In this document: positions 1 through 10,170 of the stretch, one piece after another
Numbering within the stretch: the stretch's first letter is position 1
Layout of the letters: the number at the start of each line of letters is the position of its first letter
DNA from: an uncultured Gammaproteobacteria bacterium
GTDB lineage: Bacteria; Pseudomonadota; Gammaproteobacteria; GCA-002705445; GCA-002716945
Reading direction: 5' to 3'
Length of the DNA stretch: 64,000 nt
Assembly (NCBI GenBank): GCA_902559355.1
Contig: CACEHM010000001.1
Location: 81,829-145,828, forward strand
Made by a program: the position numbers and the translations under genes
Notes under the pieces: generated by a model
Told to the model about the DNA's origin: nothing
Database searches by the model: none
What the model saw: the letters and a program-made list of their open reading frames with translations, nothing else

Positions 1-405
1 TTGGGAATGCTGCACCAATAGAAAAATAGGATACATCATATTCTTTCAATTCATTTAAAATATTAATTTCTATTCCACATGAGTATCCAATAATTACATC
101 AGACCCTATTCTATTTTTTATATTTTTTAATGGCAAATCCTTTCTTCCAACATGAATACCAGCGCCTTCATAATTTTTAATCAAATAGTAATCATTATTT
201 ATAATTAGTTGTACTTCGGCATCAATACAATATTTATATATGTTATTTAGGAGAAACCTCCTTTTTCTAGAGGAAATATTTGGCGCTCTGAATTGAAATA
301 TAGATATGCCACTATTAATTACAACAAAACATTTTTCTAAGTATTCACTATCTGAATCTATATAGTTTGGTGATATTGGGTAAATGCCTGTAAGTTTATT
401 TTTCA
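1..405 (-). CDS. thiE: Thiamine-phosphate synthase ThiE, 5' part; the gene runs off the window start
   Basis: My manual minus-strand translation from the ATG at 405..403 reads MKNKLTGIYPISP...GAGIHVGRKDLP...YFSIGAAFP. These are ThiE-like motifs. This ORF is absent from the supplied track, probably because it touches the window edge. Confidence 0.6.
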
Positions 406-457
406 TAGTATCTTTATATTGATTAATTATAACTAAGAAGTTAATCTTTACGAAATT

Positions 458-625
458 ATGAAAAAGTATCTCTGTTTAATATGCGGCCTTATTTATGATG
501 AGGCAAGTGGATGGCCTGAAGATGATATCCAACCTGGTACTAAATGGGAGGATGTACCTGATACGTGGATGTGTCCTGACTGTGGTGCGACAAAATCTGA
601 CTTTGATATGATAGAAATCACATAG
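458..625 (+). CDS. Rubredoxin
   Basis: My manual translation is [55 protein letters not shown], with a stop at 623..625. It has two CxxCG knuckles and the rubredoxin WxxxPD motif. It is about 55 aa, too short to appear in the supplied ORF track. Confidence 0.85.
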   Translation: MKKYLCLICGLIYDEASGWPEDDIQPGTKWEDVPDTWMCPDCGATKSDFDMIEIT

Positions 626-627
626 CT

Positions 628-1935
628 ATGTTTTTAAATGCCACTGATAGGCAAATCCTAAAAATAGCAATCCCATTAATATTTTCTAATCTATCTGTTC
701 CTCTCGTAGGGCTGGTAGATAATGCTGTTCTAGGACATCTTAATAGTCCACTTTATCTCGCATCTGCAGGGCTAGGTGCAATTATAATGAGTTATATACT
801 TTTCAGTTTTGGTTTTATCAAATCAACTACAACAGGCTATATCTCTCAACTTGATCATTTGTCACATGAAAAAACAGTTAGCAGTATTTATCAGATATTT
901 ATCATTTCGTCACTAGTATCTTTTCTATTAATATTCTTTAAAGATAATTTAATAAACTATTCATTGTCCATTATAGGTGAACCAGGACCGATTAATGATA
1001 ATGCAAAAATTTACTTAGATATAAGGTTTTGGTCAATACCTGCAATATTCCTTCGAGATATATTCATTGGTTATCTAATTGGAGTTAAGAAAGTATCCAT
1101 GGCTATGAAAATAATAATTTCTGTCAATCTCTTGAATATAGTTTTAGATTATTTATTTGTATATGTATTACTTATGAATATTGAAGGAGTTGCGTATGCA
1201 TCACTAATAGCAGAATCATCAATAATTATATTCATAATTTTCTATTTATTTAATGATAAAAGGTTTTTGAACAAGAAAGCATTCTTATTATCAATAATAA
1301 ATTTATCCAAGTTAAAGAATAAGATAATAGTCAACGGAAATATGTTTATAAGATCCATTATACTTATGACATGTTTTGCCCATTTCATGAGCCTTAGTGC
1401 AGATTATGGTGAGATAATACTTGCTGCAAATACAATATTATTAAACTTTTTCTTTATTTTTTCTTATGGAATAGATGCATTTGCTCACGCGACCGAAGTG
1501 ATGGTAGGTAACTCTGTAGGTGAAAAGAATGTTATCAAATATGATACATCGATTAAATCAAGCTTCAAACTTACAATCTCTGTAGCTATTACATTTTTAT
1601 TATTTTTCTTAATATTTTCAAATCATATTATTTATAGCATCACAAGTCATATCAATGTAATCGCATTTACTCAGCAAAACATCATATTTCTTTATATGAC
1701 AGTTTTATTTGGTTCAATTGCATTCTGTATCGACGGGATATTAATAGGTGGTCTACAACATATAAGGATGAGAAATATAATGATTCTATCTGGCATAGTC
1801 TATCTATCTAGTTTCTACCTTTTAGAGATTAGTTATCCGAATATGGTTTGGTATCCTTTTATATTATTTTTTATTTCTAGAAGTATATTATTATATACTT
1901 CACTTAATCGCGTCAGAGGAGCATTATTTAACTGA
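628..1935 (+). CDS. MATE family multidrug/sodium efflux transporter
   Basis: 435 aa, about 12 predicted TM segments, with the MATE (NorM/DinF-like) pattern of two 6-TM halves. It starts 3 nt after the rubredoxin stop. Confidence 0.75.
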   Translation: MFLNATDRQILKIAIPLIFSNLSVPLVGLVDNAVLGHLNSPLYLASAGLGAIIMSYILFSFGFIKSTTTGYISQLDHLSHEKTVSSIYQIFIISSLVSFLLIFFKDNLINYSLSIIGEPGPINDNAKIYLDIRFWSIPAIFLRDIFIGYLIGVKKVSMAMKIIISVNLLNIVLDYLFVYVLLMNIEGVAYASLIAESSIIIFIIFYLFNDKRFLNKKAFLLSIINLSKLKNKIIVNGNMFIRSIILMTCFAHFMSLSADYGEIILAANTILLNFFFIFSYGIDAFAHATEVMVGNSVGEKNVIKYDTSIKSSFKLTISVAITFLLFFLIFSNHIIYSITSHINVIAFTQQNIIFLYMTVLFGSIAFCIDGILIGGLQHIRMRNIMILSGIVYLSSFYLLEISYPNMVWYPFILFFISRSILLYTSLNRVRGALFN

Positions 1936-2011
1936 AAGACCTATATACGAAGCTTACAGTTATGTTATAGTGTTTTCTTAAATATTCGCAATTATTCATA
2001 CGGAGGGAATT

Positions 2012-2353
2012 ATGGTATTCGGATTATTCAAAAAAAAGGAACCTGTGAAAGTTACCGTCAAAGGATCTGGCGAGACATTTATGTGTGAACCAAATGAATT
2101 GCTCATGAAAGCAGCGTTAAGGCAGAATATTGCATGGCCATGTTCATGTAAAGTTGGAAGCTGTGGCTCATGCAGAGCTACAATCACTGAAGGTGAGGGT
2201 AAATACCCATCAAGTCCATGTGATCCAACTGCTCTTCTTAAAAAAGATGAAATGGATAATGGGATGGTCATTGCTTGTCAATGGACACCAACATCTGATA
2301 TTACTGTAGAGGTAAACATAGGCGGAGAAGCAGATAAAAGAGGAATGATTTAA
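2012..2353 (+). CDS. [2Fe-2S] ferredoxin, plant-type/YfaE-like
   Basis: The motif CSCKVGSCGSCRA gives C-x4-C-x2-C, with a fourth Cys about 30 residues later in IACQW. Confidence 0.7.
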   Translation: MVFGLFKKKEPVKVTVKGSGETFMCEPNELLMKAALRQNIAWPCSCKVGSCGSCRATITEGEGKYPSSPCDPTALLKKDEMDNGMVIACQWTPTSDITVEVNIGGEADKRGMI

Positions 2354-3123
2354 GAATTTAAATCGCTTAGTCTTTTATTAATATTGTCAGCTAAAAAGTT
2401 AGTAATAGTTAAGGCATTATAGTCTTGTGTATTTACCTTATTAAGGAAATGAAGTATTACATGAGACTGAGGCCTCATTAGAAAATCAAAATATAACCCT
2501 ATCATCTCGCCTCTCTCACTTTTCTTTGATATTTCTTCTGAATAGTTAGTGTTTATTGGATAATCTTTTGGGTACCTTATCGCAATAGGCTGTATTGTCA
2601 TATCCTTATTTTCAATTGATCTAAAAAGTTTCGAATGAAATTTTTTTACTTTTTCTCCATTTCCTATTTTACCTTCTGGGAAGAAAATAATTTTATTTTT
2701 CAACTTGAATCGACTTTGCATTTCATCAATCATCTTCGTGGATGCAATATTATCTCCTCTTTTTATAAATAGAGTTCCAGTTTTGGAAGCTAGACTTCCA
2801 ATAATTGGCCATCTTGAAATCTCTTCTTTAGCTATAAAATTCACAGGCAGCATTTTATTTAATATAATAATATCTAGATATGTAACGTGATTAGATACAT
2901 ATAAATCTGCAGTTGTATCGACTTGTCCTATAATTTTTGTCTTCAATCCTAGTACTGTAGAAAGACACCTCATCCATATCATCATGATAGAAAAATGTTG
3001 TTTTTTAAAAAACCTAATATCTTTTGGATAGAATGCAATAGTAATCAAGCCAAAGATTATTAATAGTAATAAAAATGGAAGTCTGATTGATAACAAGCCA
3101 GCAGACAAAACTATTTTAAACAT
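2350..3123 (-). CDS. Lysophospholipid (1-acyl-glycerol-3-phosphate) acyltransferase family protein
   Basis: It carries an HX4D acyltransferase motif (NHVTYLD) and an FPEGK motif, plus an N-terminal TM segment. The exact substrate cannot be assigned. Confidence 0.7.
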   Translation of the reverse strand: MFKIVLSAGLLSIRLPFLLLLIIFGLITIAFYPKDIRFFKKQHFSIMMIWMRCLSTVLGLKTKIIGQVDTTADLYVSNHVTYLDIIILNKMLPVNFIAKEEISRWPIIGSLASKTGTLFIKRGDNIASTKMIDEMQSRFKLKNKIIFFPEGKIGNGEKVKKFHSKLFRSIENKDMTIQPIAIRYPKDYPINTNYSEEISKKSERGEMIGLYFDFLMRPQSHVILHFLNKVNTQDYNALTITNFLADNINKRLSDLNS

Positions 3124-5113
3124 TTATAGAGTCTATAAAGTCTTGTAAATTAGTTATTGGCTTGTGGCAAGTCATCCCTTTACAAATATATGCTGCAAAA
3201 TCACCTATATTTTTCTTTGATTCAATAGCATCCGGTAAATCTTTAATATCCTTGTTTATATAAATCATAAACTTACGTTGATATATTTTTTCTTTAATAA
3301 TTTTCTTCCAAGAACTTTCATCACATCTTACTATCATTATCTCTCTATCAAGATTATCCTCATTAAGTAGATTTATCGCACTCACATTCGAGGTCATATT
3401 ATCTCCAAATGATTTGCGTATATAATTAACTGATTTATGTGCTGATTCAATAAATTTTTGTTCTCCAGATATGTAACCCATTTGTAGTAAGCCATCTGTA
3501 GCATAAACTAAACCGGAGGGGACAGAATCATCGGAAATAGATTTAGGTCTATAGAATAATTTCTCATGATTATTCGATGTAAAAAAGTAACCACCTTTTT
3601 TGATGTCTTCAAAATTATTAATCAAATTTTCACAAATTCTTTTGCTAACCTCATAATGCTTGTTACTCCATTCAATAGTAAGATAGTCAATTAAAGATGA
3701 TAGCAGAAGGGCATAGTCATCAAGATAACCCGGGAAACAGGCTTCTTCATTAAAGCATGAGTAAATTTCTTTATCTGTTATCATAGATTCAAATATAAAT
3801 GCAAAAGCTCTATTTATAACATCCAAAACATTTTTATCTTTTGATACTTTATAGAGCTTAATAAGCCCTTTTATGTATAAACAGTTCCATGATAATAATA
3901 CTTTTGTATCTATTCCAGGCATGACCTTATCCTTTCTCAGATTAGATAACTTTTTCAAAATACTTTCGAAGTTATCAATATTTTCTTTGAAATCAGCCTC
4001 CTTTTTTCTATATACATGCAAATGGTACGAGCCCTCAAAGTTCTTTTTACCCGAGTCTGTAAAATAGTGATTTATTAAATTTAGTTCTGTCTCATTAAAA
4101 TTATTTTTTAATTCATCTTCTGAAAATACGTAAAACTTTCCCTCTTCTCCTTCAGAATCTGCATCTATAGTTGAATAAAAACCACCAAGATCTGATGTCA
4201 TAGAATTACTTACCCAATTAAAGATTTCGTAAGCTTTTTTCAGATAAAATGAATCATTAAATTTGTTATACCCGTCACATAAAATGCTCATCATTGGACC
4301 GTTATCGTAAAGCATTTTCTCGAAGTGAGGTATCATCCATAAGTCATCAACAGAATATCGAAAAAATCCACCATCAACCGGATCATTTATTCCACTCATA
4401 CACATCCTATCCAAAGTAAACTTTATTTTTTTTCTATCCAAATCTGATGTGCAATTATCTACACTAAATGATAATGAGGGAAAGTGTGGAAACTTAGGTG
4501 CTGAACCAAATCCTCCATTAATTGTATCAACAATAGAGTCAAGTTGAGTTTTTAATTGATTGACTGTATTTTTATCTATAGCGTCTTCTCTAGACTCTCT
4601 GTCCTGTAATTTATTAAAAACTTCAAGCACACTAACATTTTGATTTTTTATTTCCTCTTTATTATTGCTATAAAAATCTAGTACTCTGTTTAAAATCTTT
4701 TTAAATGACAACATGCCGTATTTATCCTCTTTAGGAAAATATGTACCTCCAAAAAATGGGAACTTATTGTGATCCATGAAAATCGTTAGGGGCCAGCCAC
4801 CATTTTTCCCAGTTATTATTGATTGCGACATTTGATAGATTTTATCTATATCTGGCCTTTCCTCTCTATCAACTTTGATATTTATAAAGCCACTATTAAG
4901 AACACTTGCTGTTTCTGAATCTTCAAAAGATTCATGTGCCATAACATGACACCAATGGCATGCAGAATAACCTATTGATAACATAATTGGTTTATTCATT
5001 TTTTTTGCATCATCAAATGCATCTTGACCCCATGGGTACCAAAATACTGGATTATCTGCATGTTGGCGCAGATATAAACTTTTTTCTTTATTTAGTTTGT
5101 TTGTTTCACTCAT
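3116..5113 (-). CDS. Thioredoxin-domain protein of the YyaL/DUF255 family: N-terminal thioredoxin-like domain plus alpha/alpha-toroid domain
   Basis: 665 aa with the DUF255 signature region WYPWGQDAF...[11 protein letters not shown] followed by a long helical domain. Confidence 0.75.
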   Translation of the reverse strand: MSETNKLNKEKSLYLRQHADNPVFWYPWGQDAFDDAKKMNKPIMLSIGYSACHWCHVMAHESFEDSETASVLNSGFINIKVDREERPDIDKIYQMSQSIITGKNGGWPLTIFMDHNKFPFFGGTYFPKEDKYGMLSFKKILNRVLDFYSNNKEEIKNQNVSVLEVFNKLQDRESREDAIDKNTVNQLKTQLDSIVDTINGGFGSAPKFPHFPSLSFSVDNCTSDLDRKKIKFTLDRMCMSGINDPVDGGFFRYSVDDLWMIPHFEKMLYDNGPMMSILCDGYNKFNDSFYLKKAYEIFNWVSNSMTSDLGGFYSTIDADSEGEEGKFYVFSEDELKNNFNETELNLINHYFTDSGKKNFEGSYHLHVYRKKEADFKENIDNFESILKKLSNLRKDKVMPGIDTKVLLSWNCLYIKGLIKLYKVSKDKNVLDVINRAFAFIFESMITDKEIYSCFNEEACFPGYLDDYALLLSSLIDYLTIEWSNKHYEVSKRICENLINNFEDIKKGGYFFTSNNHEKLFYRPKSISDDSVPSGLVYATDGLLQMGYISGEQKFIESAHKSVNYIRKSFGDNMTSNVSAINLLNEDNLDREIMIVRCDESSWKKIIKEKIYQRKFMIYINKDIKDLPDAIESKKNIGDFAAYICKGMTCHKPITNLQDFIDSINV

Positions 5114-5178
5114 ATATATTTTCTTACTGTTATAATCTAATACTACCCATGATATATATTCATAATATTAATCCTATA

Positions 5179-5922
5179 ATGTTCGAATTATTTTCAATAA
5201 AACTATATTGGTATGGTTTCATGTATGCGCTGTCTTTCATTATTATAGACTATTTAATAGTGACTGCTTCAAAAAATAAAAAAATCATCCTATCCAAAGA
5301 TCAAGCAGAAAAATTTACAATAGTTATGCTGATTTTCGCTATTTTAGGTGGAAGAATAGGATATATACTTTTTTATGATCCTAGTTATTATTTTTCAAAT
5401 CCTAAAAAAATATTTTATCTCTGGGAAGGTGGAATGTCTTTTCATGGAGGTTTGATAGGGGTAGTTGTAGGAACATTATATGTAGCTCAAAAAAATGCAT
5501 TAAAATTTTTTGAGATTGCAGATATTATATGTTTATATGCGCCTATAGGATTATTTTTTGGTAGAGTTGGTAATTTTATTAATTCTGAACTTTATGGCAT
5601 AAAAACATCTGGATCATGGGGTGTTGTCTTTCCTACAATTGATTCTTATCCTCGCCATCCTTCCATGTTATATGAAGCACTCCTAGAGGGAATTATTCTT
5701 TTTATAATTTTATTCCTAATAAGCAAAAAAAAATTTACTGCAGGAATAATAAGTGGTTATTTTCTTTTACTATATGGAATATTCAGATTCATTATAGAAT
5801 TTGTAAGATTACCTGATGCACATATTGGATATATTTATTCTGATTGGGTTACAATGGGACAACTTTTGACAGTTCCAATGCTTGTTATCGGTATAATATT
5901 AATTAATAGAAAATCAACATGA
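5179..5922 (+). CDS. lgt: Prolipoprotein diacylglyceryl transferase
   Basis: Multi-TM protein with a Lgt-like N-terminus ([10 protein letters not shown]) and a conserved mid-region (HGGLIGV...[13 protein letters not shown]). The track ORF begins at 4987, but the upstream part overlaps the end of the neighbouring minus-strand gene, so I placed the start at the internal ATG at 5179. The stop overlaps the thyA start (ATGA). Confidence 0.85.
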   Translation: MFELFSIKLYWYGFMYALSFIIIDYLIVTASKNKKIILSKDQAEKFTIVMLIFAILGGRIGYILFYDPSYYFSNPKKIFYLWEGGMSFHGGLIGVVVGTLYVAQKNALKFFEIADIICLYAPIGLFFGRVGNFINSELYGIKTSGSWGVVFPTIDSYPRHPSMLYEALLEGIILFIILFLISKKKFTAGIISGYFLLLYGIFRFIIEFVRLPDAHIGYIYSDWVTMGQLLTVPMLVIGIILINRKST

Positions 5923-6713
5923 AAGAATACCAAAACTTATTAAAAAAATTATTAGAACATGGCTCTAAAAAAAATGATAGGACTGGAACTGGAACTCTAT
6001 CTTATTTTGGTCATCAAATGAGATTCAATCTTAAAGAAGGATTTCCATTAATAACAACTAAGAAGATACATTTTCCATCGGTCGTTCATGAGCTTTTATG
6101 GTTCCTTAAAGGTGAATCTAATATTAAATATCTAAAAGATAATAATGTAAGTATTTGGGATGAATGGGCTGATGAAAATGGGGATCTAGGAAGAGTCTAT
6201 GGTGTTCAGTGGAGATCATGGAAAGATTCTGAGGGACAAGACATAGATCAGATCTCAAACCTCATGGATTCTCTAAGAAAAAATCCAGATTCTAGGAGAC
6301 ATATAGTTTCTGCATGGAACGTGGGTGATATTGATAAAATGAAACTTCCACCATGCCATGCACTATTCCAATTTTATATAATTAATGATCATTTATCATG
6401 TCAACTGTACCAAAGAAGCGCTGATGTTTTTCTGGGAGTACCCTTTAATATTGCATCATACGCATTACTTACAGTATTAATTGCAAATACTCTAGATTTA
6501 GAATTAGGAGACTTCATCCATACACTTGGCGATGCTCATCTTTATAGTAATCATATTGAACAAGCTAAATTACAATTAGAAAGACAGCCTCGTGTACTAC
6601 CTAAAATAAAGATTATTAATAAATATGATGATATTTTTTCATATCAATATAAAGATATTCAATTAATGAACTATGAACCTTACGATCATATCAAAGCTCC
6701 TGTCTCGGTGTAA
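5919..6713 (+). CDS. thyA: Thymidylate synthase
   Basis: 264 aa with classic ThyA motifs: [20 protein letters not shown]-like (CHALFQFYI), and DLGPVYGFQWR-like ([11 protein letters not shown]). Confidence 0.95.
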   Translation: MKEYQNLLKKLLEHGSKKNDRTGTGTLSYFGHQMRFNLKEGFPLITTKKIHFPSVVHELLWFLKGESNIKYLKDNNVSIWDEWADENGDLGRVYGVQWRSWKDSEGQDIDQISNLMDSLRKNPDSRRHIVSAWNVGDIDKMKLPPCHALFQFYIINDHLSCQLYQRSADVFLGVPFNIASYALLTVLIANTLDLELGDFIHTLGDAHLYSNHIEQAKLQLERQPRVLPKIKIINKYDDIFSYQYKDIQLMNYEPYDHIKAPVSV

Positions 6714-6718
6714 AGTCC

Positions 6719-7201
6719 ATGTCAATAAAGATAATTTCAGCATTAAGTAGTAACCGAGTAATTGGATATGATGGCAAAATACCTTGGTTTATAAAAGGGG
6801 AGCTTAAGAGATTTAAGGAGCTTACACTGAATCATAATGTTGTGATGGGAAGAAAAACTTTTGATTCAATAGGCAAAACTTTAGAACAAAGAAATAATAT
6901 TATAATATCTACAAATACTTCTTTGACAATCAAAGACGCTAAGGTTGTATCCAGTTTTGAAGCTGCACTCGCGGCATGTGATGACAGCAAAGATATATTT
7001 ATAATAGGAGGCTCTAAAATATACGAAATCGCATTAAACTACAGTGAATATTTAATCCTTACTATTATTCATAAAAAATTTGAAGGGGACACATATTTTC
7101 CAAATTATGACTTGTCTAGGTGGGCACTAATAAGCGAGACTAGAAACTATGATTTAGTTAATAAATTTTCGTATTCTTATTTAACTTATCAAGCTCAATG
7201 A
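6719..7201 (+). CDS. folA: Dihydrofolate reductase
   Basis: 160 aa sitting directly downstream of thyA. The N-terminus is DHFR-like (ISALSSNRVIGYDGKIPW) and a GRKTFDSIG motif is present. Confidence 0.85.
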   Translation: MSIKIISALSSNRVIGYDGKIPWFIKGELKRFKELTLNHNVVMGRKTFDSIGKTLEQRNNIIISTNTSLTIKDAKVVSSFEAALAACDDSKDIFIIGGSKIYEIALNYSEYLILTIIHKKFEGDTYFPNYDLSRWALISETRNYDLVNKFSYSYLTYQAQ

Positions 7202-7566
7202 ATAACTCTGGGTATGGTTAGTACAAACTCAGGTATTTTTGCATCAAAGTAATTATCCTCATCATCAATCATATGATAACTACCTTTCATAGTACCAAGC
7301 GATGTTTCAATCATGGTACCGCTTGTATATTGAAACTCTTCTCCAGGATTAATATCAGGTTGTTCGCCTATAACACCTTCCCCTTTGACATCTTGAATTT
7401 TTCCATTGTCATCTTTTATAACCCAATGCCTGGATAATAATTTTGTCTTCTTTTGACTATTATTTTTTATTAATACGGTATATAAAAAGTAGTATTTGTT
7501 TTCATCTGGATTAGACTCACTACTTAAATATGTAGTTTCAACATTAATTTCTATTAATTCATTCAT
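7195..7566 (-). CDS. apaG: ApaG (DUF525) protein
   Basis: Similar to ApaG (YTVLIKNNS...HWVIKDDNGKIQDVKGEGVIGEQPDINPGEEFQYTSG). The probable start is MNELIEINV, internal to the track ORF. Confidence 0.75.
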   Translation of the reverse strand: MNELIEINVETTYLSSESNPDENKYYFLYTVLIKNNSQKKTKLLSRHWVIKDDNGKIQDVKGEGVIGEQPDINPGEEFQYTSGTMIETSLGTMKGSYHMIDDEDNYFDAKIPEFVLTIPRVIH

Positions 7567-8032
7567 TATTAATATCCTTGATAATATCAGTGAAAAGTTT
7601 TCTAGCATCACGCAACATTGCGGGAGTTAACTGTATTCTAGCATCATCTCTAATCAGTTGTGAATTATATCCATGCTTGATTGCAATAGAAGCCCATACA
7701 TAAGAGTCAATGTAACTTTTCTCAACACCTAAACCTTTATTATACATAAAAGCAAGATTATTTTGTGCTCTAGGTGAGCCCATAAAAGCAGATTTTTGAC
7801 AGTATTCAAATGCTAGCGGTAAGTTTTTTTCAACTCCATTTCCAAAAAAATATAATAAACCTATATTGTAAATAGCTTCCTTATTACCTTCTTCTGCTTC
7901 AGCAGTCCAAATCTTAAGAGCTTTTTCATAATTACCTTTCTGGTAATATTTATAACCAATATCATTGTCCGATAAAACATCTGTGGAAATTGACATTATA
8001 GTTATTAATACTAGATAAAATAATTTAACCAT
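7559..8032 (-). CDS. Sel1/TPR-like repeat protein with signal peptide
   Basis: An N-terminal hydrophobic signal is followed by Sel1-type repeats (AIYNIGLLYFFGNGVEKN..., AQNNLAFMYNKGLGVEKS). Confidence 0.65.
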   Translation of the reverse strand: MVKLFYLVLITIMSISTDVLSDNDIGYKYYQKGNYEKALKIWTAEAEEGNKEAIYNIGLLYFFGNGVEKNLPLAFEYCQKSAFMGSPRAQNNLAFMYNKGLGVEKSYIDSYVWASIAIKHGYNSQLIRDDARIQLTPAMLRDARKLFTDIIKDINNE

Positions 8033-8076
8033 ACTACATTGTATAACAGAACTAAGTTTTTACTATTTAGAATAAA

Positions 8077-8409
8077 ATGGATATTAATATTTTCAACAAA
8101 TTATATTCCTCAATTATGGAGGGAAATAAGAATATCAAATCAGGCTTAACTAAAGTTCAAGAAATTCTTTCTAATGAAACAAAAGAATCAAATGAAATGC
8201 TAAAGGTGTATCAAAAATATGTTCTAAATAATGAGGAGATCTCAAAAGAAGAACTTGATACTGCAAATAAGCAATTCTCTGATTTATTGAAGAGTCTTGG
8301 ATTAGCAGGAGTTTTTGCACTTCCTGGAGGACTACTTGCTATTGCATTCCTTGTCAAGGTTGGACATAAATTAGGTATAGAGATTATTCCTGATAAATAT
8401 CGTAAGTAA
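8077..8409 (+). CDS. Hypothetical protein with a C-terminal hydrophobic segment
   Basis: 110-aa ORF with a charged, helical N-terminal region and a GLAGVFALPGGLLAIAFLV TM-like segment. I recognise no family. Confidence 0.35.
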   Translation: MDINIFNKLYSSIMEGNKNIKSGLTKVQEILSNETKESNEMLKVYQKYVLNNEEISKEELDTANKQFSDLLKSLGLAGVFALPGGLLAIAFLVKVGHKLGIEIIPDKYRK

Positions 8410-8411
8410 AC

Positions 8412-9074
8412 TTATTCATCGAAATAGTCATCTTTTTTCTGAATACGTAGTCCATGCTTCTCTTGAACTTTGGTACCAATGAATAAGGATGGCAAGAGGA
8501 AGATGAAAAATAAATTCACGAAGTACCAAAAAGCATTAACATCAAACGCATTGAGTAAACCTGCAACTATCGCATTTATCCAAAGCCAGAAAAAAGGTAG
8601 AAATTTATCGGGAGCAATTACCCATGGCATATGTTCCAACATAAGTGTGGTAAAGTATTTTCCATGCAGGCCGTAATACATTGTTATAAAAACAGTAAAC
8701 GCTACCGTTCCTATGATTAGTGAATTTGCCAGAGATGGAAATATTCCGACCATTCCCATAATGGGTACAATAAATTGTAGATAACCTTCCCATGTAATCC
8801 ATATTAGTAACATCGTTAATATAGCGTACTTAGTTGCACGTTTTTCATTTACATCATATGAGCTTCTTTTATAGAGAAGTTTATAAAGTACAAATGCTAC
8901 TATCACATAATAAGCAGATAACCCTGCGGTGTGAGAGGATAAAATATTAGACATGTAATTAATAACCATCGCCAAATGATTTTCAATAGATAACCATACT
9001 AATAATGTGGCAAGTGTTGCATTTACAAACGCTTGAACACCCTTAGGTGTTATTGACTTCCATGGATCACCCAT
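8412..9074 (-). CDS. Integral membrane protein, unknown function
   Basis: 220 aa with about 6 hydrophobic helices. No recognisable motif. Confidence 0.45.
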   Translation of the reverse strand: MGDPWKSITPKGVQAFVNATLATLLVWLSIENHLAMVINYMSNILSSHTAGLSAYYVIVAFVLYKLLYKRSSYDVNEKRATKYAILTMLLIWITWEGYLQFIVPIMGMVGIFPSLANSLIIGTVAFTVFITMYYGLHGKYFTTLMLEHMPWVIAPDKFLPFFWLWINAIVAGLLNAFDVNAFWYFVNLFFIFLLPSLFIGTKVQEKHGLRIQKKDDYFDE

Positions 9075-9129
9075 ATACCTCTCCTCTGAAACTTATGATA
9101 AACTATGAATTTCTAATTTAACAGGATAT

Positions 9130-9723
9130 ATGTCGAATATTTTCATTATAAGTGCTCCATCTGGTTGCGGCAAAACAAGTTTAGTAAAAGAATTATGCCA
9201 TGCAAACATATCTGTTCAGCAAACTATCTCCTACACAACTCGTAAAATGAGACAAGGGGAAGAAAATCTTAAAGATTATCATTTTGTGAGTACGAATGAT
9301 TTTTTGAATAAAATTAAACTAGGACATTTTATAGAATACCAAGCAGTTTATAACAATTATTATGGAACAACTTATGAATCTATCAAGGAGATAAATGACA
9401 CAGGAAAAGATGCCATTCTTGAAATAGATTATAAAGGAATGTTATCCATAAAGAGGGCACTGCCAAATGCTGTATCTATATATATATTACCTCCAAGTAT
9501 TAAGGAGCTTGAAAAAAGGTTAGTTAATAGAGGCTTGGATGAAAAGGAAGTTATACGTCGGAGAATATCACAAGCATCTCATGAACTTAAGTTTAGTAAA
9601 TTTTCAGATTTTACGATCATTAATGGTGAATTCAATAAGGCATTATCCTCTCTAAAGTCGCTTATTTTACTGAATAAAATTGAAAAACATAAAAAAATTG
9701 TAAAGTTAAATATGCAATTTTGA
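9130..9723 (+). CDS. gmk: Guanylate kinase
   Basis: P-loop ISAPSGCGKTSL and the Gmk fold pattern. It sits in the conserved gmk-rpoZ-spoT arrangement. Confidence 0.9.
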   Translation: MSNIFIISAPSGCGKTSLVKELCHANISVQQTISYTTRKMRQGEENLKDYHFVSTNDFLNKIKLGHFIEYQAVYNNYYGTTYESIKEINDTGKDAILEIDYKGMLSIKRALPNAVSIYILPPSIKELEKRLVNRGLDEKEVIRRRISQASHELKFSKFSDFTIINGEFNKALSSLKSLILLNKIEKHKKIVKLNMQF

Positions 9724-9762
9724 ATGTTGATAGGTACTAATATTCTGATATACTCAGACCTC

Positions 9763-10152
9763 ATGGCAAGAGTGACTATAGAAGATTGTTTAAAAAGAAT
9801 TGATAATGCATATGATATTGTGTCTCTAGCAAGTCAAAGAGCAAAAGATATTCTAGACGGTTCAGAACCTAAACTTGACTATAATGGTAAGCCTAGCGTT
9901 ATAGCATTAAAAGAAATTGCTGAGGGTCTCATAGACATGTCTTATTTTGACACTAGAAGGAAGCAACAAATTGAGGATCAACTCTCTGATGCCATTGCTG
10001 AAGAGGAAGCTATCGCCGATATAACTGCAGAGTCTCAACAAATAATTCAAGATGATAGCGATACTGTCGCTGATTCACATGATAATTCCGTGGTAGCACC
10101 AGAAGAAACATCTTCTCAATCACCCGAAAATACAGAAGACAAACCTCTTTAA
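9763..10152 (+). CDS. rpoZ: DNA-directed RNA polymerase subunit omega
   Basis: MARVTIEDCL...RYDIVSLASQRAKDI is the RpoZ signature. The track ORF starts upstream at 9724, but I chose the internal ATG at 9763. The C-terminal tail is acidic. Confidence 0.85.
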   Translation: MARVTIEDCLKRIDNAYDIVSLASQRAKDILDGSEPKLDYNGKPSVIALKEIAEGLIDMSYFDTRRKQQIEDQLSDAIAEEEAIADITAESQQIIQDDSDTVADSHDNSVVAPEETSSQSPENTEDKPL

Positions 10153-10170
10153 AAATCTTATTCTAGGTAT

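Noticed and set aside
4987-5178. A 5' extension of the lgt ORF, which the track starts at 4987
   Set aside because: The first 64 codons overlap the 3' end of the convergent thioredoxin-domain gene and show no Lgt-like sequence. The Lgt homology begins at the internal Met at 5179 ([18 protein letters not shown]), so I treat the extension as a spurious open frame.
9724-9762. The longer rpoZ ORF starting at 9724
   Set aside because: The extension (MLIGTNILIYSDL) overlaps the gmk stop region and precedes the conserved RpoZ N-terminus MARVTIEDC. The internal ATG at 9763 gives a canonical omega subunit.
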